Shown piece after piece: positions 55,590 to 64,000 of a stretch of DNA of 64,000 bases; the first letter of the stretch is position 1, and each line of letters opens with the position of its first letter. The stretch covers positions 4,414-68,413 of the forward strand of contig CADCJQ010000005.1 in NCBI GenBank assembly GCA_902801795.1, read 5' to 3'. The position numbers and the translations under genes are program-made. The notes beneath the pieces were generated by a model. The model did no database searches. It worked only from the letters and a program-made list of their open reading frames with translations, and was not told the origin of the DNA. The DNA comes from an uncultured Erysipelotrichaceae bacterium. Lineage in GTDB: Bacteria > Bacillota_I > Bacilli_A > RF39 > UBA660.

Positions 55590-56180
55590 TTACCTTCTTT
55601 CAGTAACGGCAATACCATCACCTATTTTATAAATAATGGTTTTATATTGCATATTATTTTCTAAGAAATATATATAATCTTTTATTTTTCTGACAATACC
55701 ACGAATATTTTTACTTTCAATTTCTTCTTCATTCATCTCGACATATCCATGAAACCCCATATTATCTGTTATAATATAACCATTTTCTTTGAGATTCTTT
55801 TCGAAATGATTAAAGAAATCAATATTTTTTCCTTTAGCAGCATCAATAAATATTAAATCATATTCGCCATTATCTTCAATATTTAAGGCATCATTAAATA
55901 CTAAAGTAATTCTCTCTTCCATATGAAACTTTTTAATATTTTTAAGAGCTTCTAAGTATCTTGCTTCATCACGTTCAATCGTTGTTATATGAATATCGCT
56001 ATTTACATGAGCCATCATAATAGCAGAATACCCAATTGCTGTTCCTATTTCTAAAATATTTTTGATATTCTTTTTCTCAATAAATGATGTTAGAAATTCT
56101 ATTCCATCATCCTGCATTATCGGAATATTCTCTTCACGAGCATATTCCTTCATGATATTTATTTTGGATTCAAAATCCAT
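55590..56180 (-). CDS. SAM-dependent O-methyltransferase (YrrM/TrmR-like)
   Basis: ILEIGTAIGYSAIMMA (SAM motif I), IFIDAAKG, and operon context. Confidence 0.8.
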   Translation of the reverse strand: MDFESKINIMKEYAREENIPIMQDDGIEFLTSFIEKKNIKNILEIGTAIGYSAIMMAHVNSDIHITTIERDEARYLEALKNIKKFHMEERITLVFNDALNIEDNGEYDLIFIDAAKGKNIDFFNHFEKNLKENGYIITDNMGFHGYVEMNEEEIESKNIRGIVRKIKDYIYFLENNMQYKTIIYKIGDGIAVTERR

Positions 56181-56192
56181 TGATAAAACCTC

Positions 56193-57263
56193 CTAATAGC
56201 CTTTATTAACACTTGATAATTCACTTTTCTTTTTTTCAAAATCACTGGAATTAGTATAGAAGAAAGTTTCTCCGGTATTAATATTGGCAATAAAATATAA
56301 ATAATCCGTCTCAGTATAGTTTATGCTCGCTAAAATACTTGATGATGATACCATACCAATAGGCCCTGCTGGTAATTTTCCAGCCATAGTACTACTTCTT
56401 GTATTATAAGCATTGACACTATTATATTCACTTACTTTTAAAGCACGTTTTTCATCTAATTTAATAGCATAACGTGTTGTCACATCACTACCTAAACTCA
56501 TACCACGTTTTAATCTATTAACAAAAACACTGATTACTTTTTCGCGATAATCATCTTTATCTCTAACTTCCATTTCCGCAATAGAAGCAAGAGTTAATAG
56601 TTCATGAACACTAAATTCACTCTTTTCGATTTGTTCTTTATATGGTGATAACACACTATCCATTTTCTTAAGTAATTTGTAAAAGATTTCTTCAACACTA
56701 ACCGAAGCACTTGAAAAGCGATAAGTATCAGGATATAAATAACCTTCTAAAGAATAATAGATATCGGTATTTAAAATATCTTCTGTAATAAACCAATATT
56801 CATTAATAAGTTTTTTTAAATATTCTTGATCTTTTAATAATTTATAAACATCATCTTCAGTATTATCAGTATTATTACTAATAATAGATGCTATTTTACG
56901 CATATTAATTCCTTCTTGAAAAGTAAGGGTTATTTCGTTTTCATTATAACTATTGCCTTTTTGTAAAACCTCAAGAATTTCTTTAAGTTCCATATTTTTA
57001 TTTAATTCATACTTTCCAGCTTTTAAATCATTAATACCAAATAGTTTTAAATAAATTTTGAAAAAGCCAGTACTTCTTATTAAATCTTTTTCTTTTAGTA
57101 TTTCACCAATTTTAACACTAGTGGAACCAGATTCAATTATAACTTCTACTTTTTCATCACCACCAACGGCTGACGAATAATGATTAAATAAAACTCCTAA
57201 AAGAATTAATCCTCCACCAACAACAAGCATAAAGATGAGCATGATATTTCGCATTTTTTTCAT
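56193..57263 (-). CDS. mltG: Endolytic murein transglycosylase MltG (YceG-like)
   Basis: N-terminal TM, then LEGYLYPDTY, LASIAEMEV, and YNTRSSTMAGKLPAGPIG. Confidence 0.9.
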   Translation of the reverse strand: MKKMRNIMLIFMLVVGGGLILLGVLFNHYSSAVGGDEKVEVIIESGSTSVKIGEILKEKDLIRSTGFFKIYLKLFGINDLKAGKYELNKNMELKEILEVLQKGNSYNENEITLTFQEGINMRKIASIISNNTDNTEDDVYKLLKDQEYLKKLINEYWFITEDILNTDIYYSLEGYLYPDTYRFSSASVSVEEIFYKLLKKMDSVLSPYKEQIEKSEFSVHELLTLASIAEMEVRDKDDYREKVISVFVNRLKRGMSLGSDVTTRYAIKLDEKRALKVSEYNSVNAYNTRSSTMAGKLPAGPIGMVSSSSILASINYTETDYLYFIANINTGETFFYTNSSDFEKKKSELSSVNKGY

Positions 57264-57272
57264 AGAACACCA

Positions 57273-57572
57273 TTAATTGTTATTTGATGGTTTACCATTA
57301 ATTTCTTCTTGTAGTGTTTCAAGAATTGTATCAATAACTTTCCATTCTTTTTCCGTTTTAATTTCTTCAAGTTTCATCTTTGGATCTTTAGGATCATAAA
57401 TTGATGCATAAACCTGAATCTTTCCTTCAGCATCTTTACTATTGTCTGTATAAACAATATAACTTTTCTTTGTTTCTTCATTGTCGAATGTAAATAAAAT
57501 ATCACATATTACTTCATTTCCATTTTCATCGTATACTTTAATTGTATTTTTGTTTTCTAATTCATTTTTCAT
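57273..57572 (-). CDS. DUF1292 (YrzB-like) protein
   Basis: IKVYDENGNEVICDILFTFDNEETKKSYIVYTDN...VYASIYDP. I chose the ATG at 57572 after AGGAGAAAAG; the track start is a TTG inside the RBS. Confidence 0.8.
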   Translation of the reverse strand: MKNELENKNTIKVYDENGNEVICDILFTFDNEETKKSYIVYTDNSKDAEGKIQVYASIYDPKDPKMKLEEIKTEKEWKVIDTILETLQEEINGKPSNNN

Positions 57573-57981
57573 TTTCTTTTCTCCTATCAAGGTATGACTG
57601 AAGTATTATAACACTTGCCACACCATCCACCTTTTCTTTTCTTTTTTTTCTTCGTGTATCAGCATTTATTAAAGCATTATTAGCAACAACACTGGTTAAT
57701 CTTTCATCTTCCATAATTACTTCTAAATGTGTCTTTTCTTCTAATTTGTTTTTAAACTCTAAAGTAAGAGAAGCACGTTCTCCAATCGTATTATTCATAT
57801 TTTTAGGAAAACCAAGAATTATTTTATTAATATGTTCTTCCTTAACTAATTTGGTAACTTCATCGACTAAATAATCATAATCTTCATTATGTCTTAAAGT
57901 CATATAATTAGTTGCAATAATACCATTTGAGATACTAATACCTAAAGTTTTTGTTCCTAAATCTAGTCCAATATAACGCAT
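57562..57981 (-). CDS. ruvX: Holliday junction resolvase-like / pre-16S rRNA nuclease RuvX (YqgF)
   Basis: MRYIGLDLGTKTLGISIS..., GFPKNMNNTIGERA, DERLTS and ILQSYLD. Confidence 0.9.
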   Translation of the reverse strand: MRYIGLDLGTKTLGISISNGIIATNYMTLRHNEDYDYLVDEVTKLVKEEHINKIILGFPKNMNNTIGERASLTLEFKNKLEEKTHLEVIMEDERLTSVVANNALINADTRRKKRKEKVDGVASVIILQSYLDRRKENEK

Positions 57982-58059
57982 AACAACTCCGATAGATATA
58001 TCTTACCATTATTTCATTGTTTTTTCAACTATTAGAAAAAAGATTTCTTAACGAAACCT

Positions 58060-59211
58060 TTAATTAAGTGATAAAATAACATCTTCTAAATAATAATTAT
58101 TATAATAATTCTCTTTCTTTAGTTTATCCTGCCATTCACGAACTTGTTTCTTGGTATTTTCATCAGCTTTTCGATAAACAATTCGAAGTAGCATGCCTAG
58201 TTTATTAAGAAGATCTAATTCATCTTCTTCATTTATTTGACTATCATAATACGCTTCAATAATACTTTGAACAATTTTAAATGTTTCACTAAAGTTATTA
58301 TCTTTTAAATATTCTCTAGCATCAGATAAATATTCTTTTATCATATTATCATATCCATCATCTAATACTAATGAATTATATAAATTATTGTAATAATATT
58401 CATAACTTTGTGTAGGCAGATATTTTCTAAAATGTTCATTAAAAGCTCTCATATTTACAGATACATTATCAAGACCTTCATCCGATAACATATATTTTTT
58501 AAGTTCGTCTGCAGGGATTTTTTCAATTGTTTCTTTAAGTGTCGCAATATCACGAGATACTTCATCTTTTAAATTTACAACATCATAATCACCTTCAGAT
58601 ATTGCAATTAATGTAGCATATGCATGTTTACACGGATATTCACATGGACAATCACAACAATAATCAGCATCATCTTCATTATAAATAGTAATCATAACAT
58701 CATATTTTTTATTATCATGACCTAATACTTTAGCATAATAACGATTATCAACTTTATGAACACTAATTACTTTTCCATCATCATAATATTCTTCACCTCT
58801 TTCAACTATTGAAGGTGAAAAATCTTCAATTAAAGTTTCAGGAAGAATTTCTTCATCATACGCATGTTTTTCATGACAACAACAATTGCAATCATCACAA
58901 TTACATTCGTCACAATCACATTCATTAGAGCAACATCCACAGTGACAATCCTCGCAATCGCAGTTATCGCAATCACAATCTTCACAATGACAATTATCAC
59001 ATTCACATTTTTCACAATGGCATTTTTTTATTTCATTTTCATCATAAAAATCATCAGCATATTCTTCGGAATGTCCATTATCACTTGTAACATTTACTTT
59101 AATTTCATTATCATCTTTTTCTCGATATTCTTTTTCCATACAATACTCCTTTTCATTAAATTCTTTTTTCTTAGACAATAATATCTTATCATTAATTATT
59201 TTATTCGTCAA
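58060..59211 (-). CDS. SWIM-like zinc-finger protein with an N-terminal metallothionein-like CxC array
   Basis: CHCEKCECDNCHCEDCDCDNCDCEDCHCGCCSNECDCDECNCDDCNCCCH, then later DYCCDCPCEYPCKHAYATL (CxC...CxH). Confidence 0.65.
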   Translation of the reverse strand: MTNKIINDKILLSKKKEFNEKEYCMEKEYREKDDNEIKVNVTSDNGHSEEYADDFYDENEIKKCHCEKCECDNCHCEDCDCDNCDCEDCHCGCCSNECDCDECNCDDCNCCCHEKHAYDEEILPETLIEDFSPSIVERGEEYYDDGKVISVHKVDNRYYAKVLGHDNKKYDVMITIYNEDDADYCCDCPCEYPCKHAYATLIAISEGDYDVVNLKDEVSRDIATLKETIEKIPADELKKYMLSDEGLDNVSVNMRAFNEHFRKYLPTQSYEYYYNNLYNSLVLDDGYDNMIKEYLSDAREYLKDNNFSETFKIVQSIIEAYYDSQINEEDELDLLNKLGMLLRIVYRKADENTKKQVREWQDKLKKENYYNNYYLEDVILSLN

Positions 59212-59213
59212 TT

Positions 59214-60302
59214 TTAGTCTATAAAATTTTCTAAGATATTATTTTCAACATACAAGTATTTTTCATTTACTTTAAGATATTCATTATCTAAAATTAAATA
59301 TTCCTTATCAATTAATTCTTTTATATTATAAAGGCCTTCGATATCTTCATGATATTTATTAAAGAAATCTTGTTTATTAATTCCCTTAGTTAATCGTAAA
59401 CCAAGGATTAATTCATAACTTATTTTATCTTTTTTAGATAATATTTCCTTACTAAGGATATATCTTCCATTTAAGTAACTATTAATACTTTTTGTATTAT
59501 CATAACGAATGTTATTATAATAACCTGAAGCGCCTAAACCAAAACCATAGTATTCTTCATTATGCCAATAAACTAAATTATGACGAGAATAATAATTATC
59601 TTTACCAAAATTACTTATCTCATAATGTTGAAAGCCATTATTTTTTAAGGTATTGGTAATTACTTCATACATCTCTCTATCTAATTCTTCGCTAATATTC
59701 TTTTCCTTTTTTATTCCTAAAATAGTATTATTATGAATTTCTAAGGAATATGTTGAAATATGATTAATATCTAAACTTAAAAGATTATCTAAATCTTTTT
59801 TTAAATCATTTATAGTTTCATGAGGTAAGGCGTATATTAAATCAACATTGATATTAGAAAAACCTAATTCTTTTATTAACTTAATTTTTTCTTTTACTAA
59901 CTTAAAGTCATGAAAACGTCCTAAATACTTCAAGTGTTTTAATGATGTACTTTCAACTCCCATACTAATTCTATTAACACCATTTTCTTTTAATAAAAGG
60001 AGTTTTTCTTTAGTTATATTTTCTGGGTTAACTTCAAAAGTAAATTCATAATCTTTATCTATCTGAAATATTTTAATTATTTTCATTAATTTTTTTAAAT
60101 TATCTATACTTAAAGAACTAGGAGTTCCCCCACCAATATAAAGTGTTTTAATTTTTTCTCCTTGATAATTATTTTTTATTTCTATTTCCAAAGAATCTAA
60201 ATATTTTGAACATAATTCTTCATTATAAAACATCTTACAAAAATCACAATAAGTACAGATATGTTCACAAAAAGGAAGATGAATATATACACTAGTTGTC
60301 AC
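59214..60302 (-). CDS. hemW: Radical SAM heme chaperone HemW (HemN-like)
   Basis: [17 protein letters not shown] and YIGGGTPS. It lies downstream of lepA, as in many Firmicutes. Confidence 0.9.
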   Translation of the reverse strand: MTTSVYIHLPFCEHICTYCDFCKMFYNEELCSKYLDSLEIEIKNNYQGEKIKTLYIGGGTPSSLSIDNLKKLMKIIKIFQIDKDYEFTFEVNPENITKEKLLLLKENGVNRISMGVESTSLKHLKYLGRFHDFKLVKEKIKLIKELGFSNINVDLIYALPHETINDLKKDLDNLLSLDINHISTYSLEIHNNTILGIKKEKNISEELDREMYEVITNTLKNNGFQHYEISNFGKDNYYSRHNLVYWHNEEYYGFGLGASGYYNNIRYDNTKSINSYLNGRYILSKEILSKKDKISYELILGLRLTKGINKQDFFNKYHEDIEGLYNIKELIDKEYLILDNEYLKVNEKYLYVENNILENFID

Positions 60303-62103
60303 TTATTTCCTCATTACTTAATACAGTTAAGAAGGCTTCTTGTGGTACAACAACACTTCCTAAGTTCTTCATCCGTTTTTTGCCTTCTTTTTGTTTTTCA
60401 AGAAGTTTCTTTTTACGAGAAACATCACCACCATAGCATTTTGCTAAAACATCTTTTCTTAAGGCTTTAATATCGGCTCTTGCAATAATCTTACTTCCAA
60501 TGGCCGCTTGAACTGGTACCACAAACATTTGTCTTGGAATCAATTTCTTTAAGTTTTCCACAACAACTTTTCCTCTTTGATAAGCAAAATCTTTATGAAC
60601 TATTGTACTTAAAGCATCAATAATCTCACCATTAAGTAAAATATCCATTTTAACTAAATCATTTTCTTTATAACCAATTAATTCATAATCAAAAGAGGCA
60701 TAACCTTTCGTACTACTTTTTAATTTATCAAAAAAATCATAAACAATTTCACTTAACGGAAGTTCATAATGAATAATAACACGTTTACTATCAATATATT
60801 CTAAATTTAAGTAATTACCTCGTTTATTTTGACATAATTCCATAATGGAGCCAATATATTCAGATGGTGTAAAAATATTAGTTTTAATATATGGTTCACT
60901 AATACTAGCAATATTAACTCTATCAGGCATTTTTTGTGGTGAATCAATCATGATATTCTCACCATTCGTTAATTTAACATCATAAATAACACTAGGACTT
61001 GTAGCGATTAAATCAATTTTAAATTCTCGCATCACTCGTTCTTCAACAATTTCCATATGAAGAAGACCTAAAAACCCACAACGAAAACCGAAACCTAAAG
61101 CATGTGATGTTTCTGGCTCAAAAGAAAGGGAAGCATCATTTAATTTAAGTTTTTCTAAAGCATCTCTTAATTCATTATATTTATTTGTTTCGGTAGGATA
61201 AATCCCAGCAAAGACAACTTGTTTCATTGGTTTATATCCAGGTAACATACTAGTTGCTTCTTTTCCAATAACTGTTACCGTATCTCCTACTTGAACATCA
61301 CTAACACTTTTAATACTACCCCAAAGATACCCGGTTTCTCCACAAACTAATTTATCTTTTTTCTTAATATTAGGTGTATAAACTCCTACTTCTGTTACAT
61401 CATAAATAGCATTAGTTGACATTAATTTAATTTTATCTCCTGCTTTTATTTCACCATTCATAAGACGTAACATAATGATTGCACCTTTATATGAATCATA
61501 TAAACTATCAAAGATTAATCCTTGTGTGGGATTATTAATACTTCCTTTAGGACTAGGTATTCTTTCAATAATGGCTTCGACTAGTTCTTGAATACCAACA
61601 CCATTTTTAGCGCTTGTTAAAATAATTTCATCTTCATTAAATCCAAAAGTATCCACAAGTTCTTTAGTTACTTTATCTACATCCGCATTTGGTAAATCAA
61701 TTTTATTAATAACTGGGATAATCTTTAAATTATTATCCAAGGCTAAAAATAAATTAGCAAGTGTCTGAGCTTCAATCCCTTGAGCAGCATCAACTACTAA
61801 TATGGCTCCTTCTGTAGCCGCTAGTGAACGACTTACTTCATATGAAAAGTCAACATGACCAGGAGTATCAATCAAATTCAAGATATAATCTTCATTATTA
61901 TAATGATAATTAAGTTCTACGGCATTTAATTTAATTGTTATTCCACGTTCTCTTTCAATATCCATACTATCTAACATCTGATTTTTCGAATCATGTAAAC
62001 TAACAGCATTAGTAATTTCTAAGATTCGATCTGCTAAAGTACTTTTCCCATGATCAATATGGGCAATTATCGAAAAATTTCGAATATTTTCTTGCTTTAT
62101 CAT
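60292..62103 (-). CDS. lepA: Translation elongation factor 4 (LepA)
   Basis: [35 protein letters not shown], and the C-terminal LepA domain ...[28 protein letters not shown]. Confidence 0.97.
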   Translation of the reverse strand: MIKQENIRNFSIIAHIDHGKSTLADRILEITNAVSLHDSKNQMLDSMDIERERGITIKLNAVELNYHYNNEDYILNLIDTPGHVDFSYEVSRSLAATEGAILVVDAAQGIEAQTLANLFLALDNNLKIIPVINKIDLPNADVDKVTKELVDTFGFNEDEIILTSAKNGVGIQELVEAIIERIPSPKGSINNPTQGLIFDSLYDSYKGAIIMLRLMNGEIKAGDKIKLMSTNAIYDVTEVGVYTPNIKKKDKLVCGETGYLWGSIKSVSDVQVGDTVTVIGKEATSMLPGYKPMKQVVFAGIYPTETNKYNELRDALEKLKLNDASLSFEPETSHALGFGFRCGFLGLLHMEIVEERVMREFKIDLIATSPSVIYDVKLTNGENIMIDSPQKMPDRVNIASISEPYIKTNIFTPSEYIGSIMELCQNKRGNYLNLEYIDSKRVIIHYELPLSEIVYDFFDKLKSSTKGYASFDYELIGYKENDLVKMDILLNGEIIDALSTIVHKDFAYQRGKVVVENLKKLIPRQMFVVPVQAAIGSKIIARADIKALRKDVLAKCYGGDVSRKKKLLEKQKEGKKRMKNLGSVVVPQEAFLTVLSNEEISDN

Positions 62104-62124
62104 TTTGTCACTTCCTTAAATTTA

Positions 62125-62586
62125 TTATTTATTATTATTTTCAAACATTAAGGCTTCATATAGTAAATCAACTAAATGATTAGAAGGCTCTAATTGATAT
62201 TTAGTAATTATTTTATCAAATACATCATCAGATATTTCCAAACCTAAATATTTAAAAACCGATTCTTTTTTATTTTCAATACTTTTTAAGTAATCAATTG
62301 TATAATAATTATCAATAATTAATAACTTATCTTTACCAATAAACTCTTTAAATTCCTTTATAATATCATCTTTATTATCTTTATATTGAAACATTTCTTT
62401 ATCATAACTAATCATCTTTAATAAATCATTATTAGTTATTAATTTATCATTAACACGTAAATCAATTCGGTCTATTATTTTATTATCATTTATTTTTAAA
62501 GCTTGCAATTGGACAATAAAACCTATTTTACTATTCGAATGATTAGGTATTATTTCAACAATAACATATTTTTTTGGTAATTTCAT
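62125..62586 (-). CDS. Hypothetical protein, possibly a degenerate DEDD-exonuclease-like fold
   Basis: YVIVEIIPN (in place of a DxE box), LLIIDNYYTIDYL and SNHLVDLLYEALMF loosely follow the Exo I/II/III spacing, but the acidic residues are lost. Resemblance is weak. Confidence 0.4.
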   Translation of the reverse strand: MKLPKKYVIVEIIPNHSNSKIGFIVQLQALKINDNKIIDRIDLRVNDKLITNNDLLKMISYDKEMFQYKDNKDDIIKEFKEFIGKDKLLIIDNYYTIDYLKSIENKKESVFKYLGLEISDDVFDKIITKYQLEPSNHLVDLLYEALMFENNNK

Positions 62587-63317
62587 TTTGTCACCTCTTT
62601 TAATACTTTTATTAATTCTATATTTTTTTCATAAGATTCTGTATACCATCGATGATAAGGACTTGGTAATTTGTAATACTCTAAAAAATCAATTATTATA
62701 TGACCTAAGTCAATATACATACATTTAGCATTTTGAAACTTCTTTCCACATAATACATTTACTCCAGATAAATCAATAATTTCCGGATTATAATCTTTAT
62801 ACAAAACATTATAATCTCTTTCATTAATACCTGTTGGATGATATAAATCTTCTTGACTAATTTGATTATCTTCTAGTTCCTTAATTTTTTCTAATAAACT
62901 TTTTAAAATTAAATAGACTCTTTTTTTATCATCAATTGGTAGATTCTCTAATTTATCATAATCTTTATGATAAGGAATAATTATCCCTGGTATAATACCA
63001 TTATTGGAATAACCGGCATCCGTAAGTTTTAAAATACCTTGTGGTAATTTAGTTAACTTAACATCCTTTTGTTTTTCCGACAACCAATAAATTTGTTCCT
63101 CACTATCAAAATCTTCTCTTCCACCTAGATAACGATAGTATACTTTTTTTTCACTTAGAGCAATGTCATTGTTTTTTAATAAATCATATAAAATATTATC
63201 AAGTTTAATTAATCGATCTTGGTAGGTAAAAACACTTCCATAATGTCCTTTTCCAATAAACTGACCTTCTTCAATTAATTCTTTTAACTTCCTTGGTGAT
63301 ATTTTTAAAACTTCCAT
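62583..63317 (-). CDS. Atypical protein-kinase-like fold protein
   Basis: Gly-rich loop IGKGHYGSVF, then RLIKL (Lys). Catalytic-loop-like region is QEDLYHPTGINERDYNVLY and the DFG-like region is IIDLSG. Confidence 0.45.
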   Translation of the reverse strand: MEVLKISPRKLKELIEEGQFIGKGHYGSVFTYQDRLIKLDNILYDLLKNNDIALSEKKVYYRYLGGREDFDSEEQIYWLSEKQKDVKLTKLPQGILKLTDAGYSNNGIIPGIIIPYHKDYDKLENLPIDDKKRVYLILKSLLEKIKELEDNQISQEDLYHPTGINERDYNVLYKDYNPEIIDLSGVNVLCGKKFQNAKCMYIDLGHIIIDFLEYYKLPSPYHRWYTESYEKNIELIKVLKEVTK

Positions 63318-64000
63318 TATTCTTCACACTTATCATCTAAAACAAGTGGTATTGTATGATAATATATTTCATCATTATCATCCAAAGCTTTTATTTCTAA
63401 ATAAAAACTATTTTTATTAAACTCTTGACATAACTTTAAATAATTATCTACATTAAATGATACATTTTTCATAAAATCTTCAATAGTTATTGGTTTATCA
63501 TCATAATAATAGGAACTAATTTGTTTAGTTACATCTCCGTTTTTTTCAAATAAAGTACAATTAATTTCTTTATATAATATTTTCTTTTCTTCACCACAAT
63601 ACTCTATTTTAGGAATGTAGATAGATGACTTAGATTTATTATAGGCAATGACTCCTGATATTTTATAATCTTTACACATTGAACTAATGGTTTTAGTATC
63701 AAAATCATCATTTCCTTTTCTAACCAAAATAATTAATCCGATTAATAAAAGTAAACTTATTATTATAATTACAACTAATAAGGTTTTATTTTTCTTTTTC
63801 TCTTCTAAATTACCTTCCATTAAATTATCAATACTGACATTAAAATCATCACTTATTTGTTTCATTAACGTAATATCTGGAAGATTTTTACCATTTTCCC
63901 ATTTACTAACTGCTTGATAAGTTACATGATATTTATCCGCTAAATCCTTTTGGGTTAAATGATTTTTCTTTCTGATTTCACGAATTAATTTTCCAAACTT
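63317..64000 (-). CDS. XRE-family HTH protein with a TM helix and an extracytoplasmic domain. N-terminus lies beyond the window edge.
   Basis: The frame is open from base 64000: KFGKLIREIRKKNHLTQKDLADKYHVTYQAVSKWENGKNLPDITLMKQISDDF... The TM is LLVVIIIISLLLLIGLIILV. The track ORF 63317..63865 is its C-terminal part. Confidence 0.7.
   Translation of the reverse strand, partial: KFGKLIREIRKKNHLTQKDLADKYHVTYQAVSKWENGKNLPDITLMKQISDDFNVSIDNLMEGNLEEKKKNKTLLVVIIIISLLLLIGLIILVRKGNDDFDTKTISSMCKDYKISGVIAYNKSKSSIYIPKIEYCGEEKKILYKEINCTLFEKNGDVTKQISSYYYDDKPITIEDFMKNVSFNVDNYLKLCQEFNKNSFYLEIKALDDNDEIYYHTIPLVLDDKCEE

Noticed and set aside
58830-59181. ORFs 58830..59015 (minus strand) and 58864..59181 (plus strand) overlapping the Cys-rich region.
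   Set aside because: They are alternative frames of the TG(T/C)-GA(T/C)-rich coding repeat. The 383-aa frame gives the coherent CxC array plus the SWIM motif.

Overview
The window is very AT-rich and uses the standard genetic code: TGA acts as a stop, for example at the recU/ponA ATGA overlap. It looks like chromosome from a low-GC, spore-forming Firmicute (Erysipelotrichia- or Clostridia-like), and nearly all genes are on the minus strand.

Housekeeping backbone:
- rsmI, recU-ponA, addB/addA and a phosphohexomutase.
- radC-mreC-mreD-spoIVFA-like-spoIVFB.
- A tRNA operon (Lys, Ile, Asn, Glu), then greA and a dGTPase-like HD protein.
- The B. subtilis-like block ruvX-DUF1292-mltG-O-methyltransferase-two U32 genes.
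- hemW and lepA.

Accessory content:
1. A SipW-type signal peptidase at the left edge carries a roughly 8-TM N-terminal extension and sits next to a TasA-like secreted protein. A dispersed family of large secreted proteins shares a SipW-cognate-like signal (TYAFFNYTRTG) and a conserved N-terminal module.
2. Two of these paralogs, one intact and one decayed, are wedged between addB and addA. A G10 tract and a duplicated -10-like box lie upstream of the intact copy.
3. A tightly coupled four-gene cluster encodes an LRR/zinc-ribbon membrane protein, a radical SAM/SPASM enzyme with an unknown C-terminal domain, a 118-aa protein ending in GG...GG...Asn14, and a double zinc-ribbon membrane protein. 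This is my best candidate for an undescribed modification system.
4. A roughly 7.5-kb decayed integrative element splits a tRNA-Met gene into two halves. It carries its own intact tRNA-Met, a tyrosine integrase, a decayed serine recombinase, a DUF285/BspA surface protein, parA and a parB stub.
5. Smaller oddities: an ABC exporter whose ATPase motifs are all degenerate, tandem DUF1016 nucleases (one decayed), a RhuM gene, an ORF6N gene, a Cys-module/SpaA-like wall protein, and a SWIM protein with a metallothionein-like CxC array.

I saw no CRISPR array, rRNA gene or reverse transcriptase. All homology calls come from motif recognition by eye; I ran no searches.
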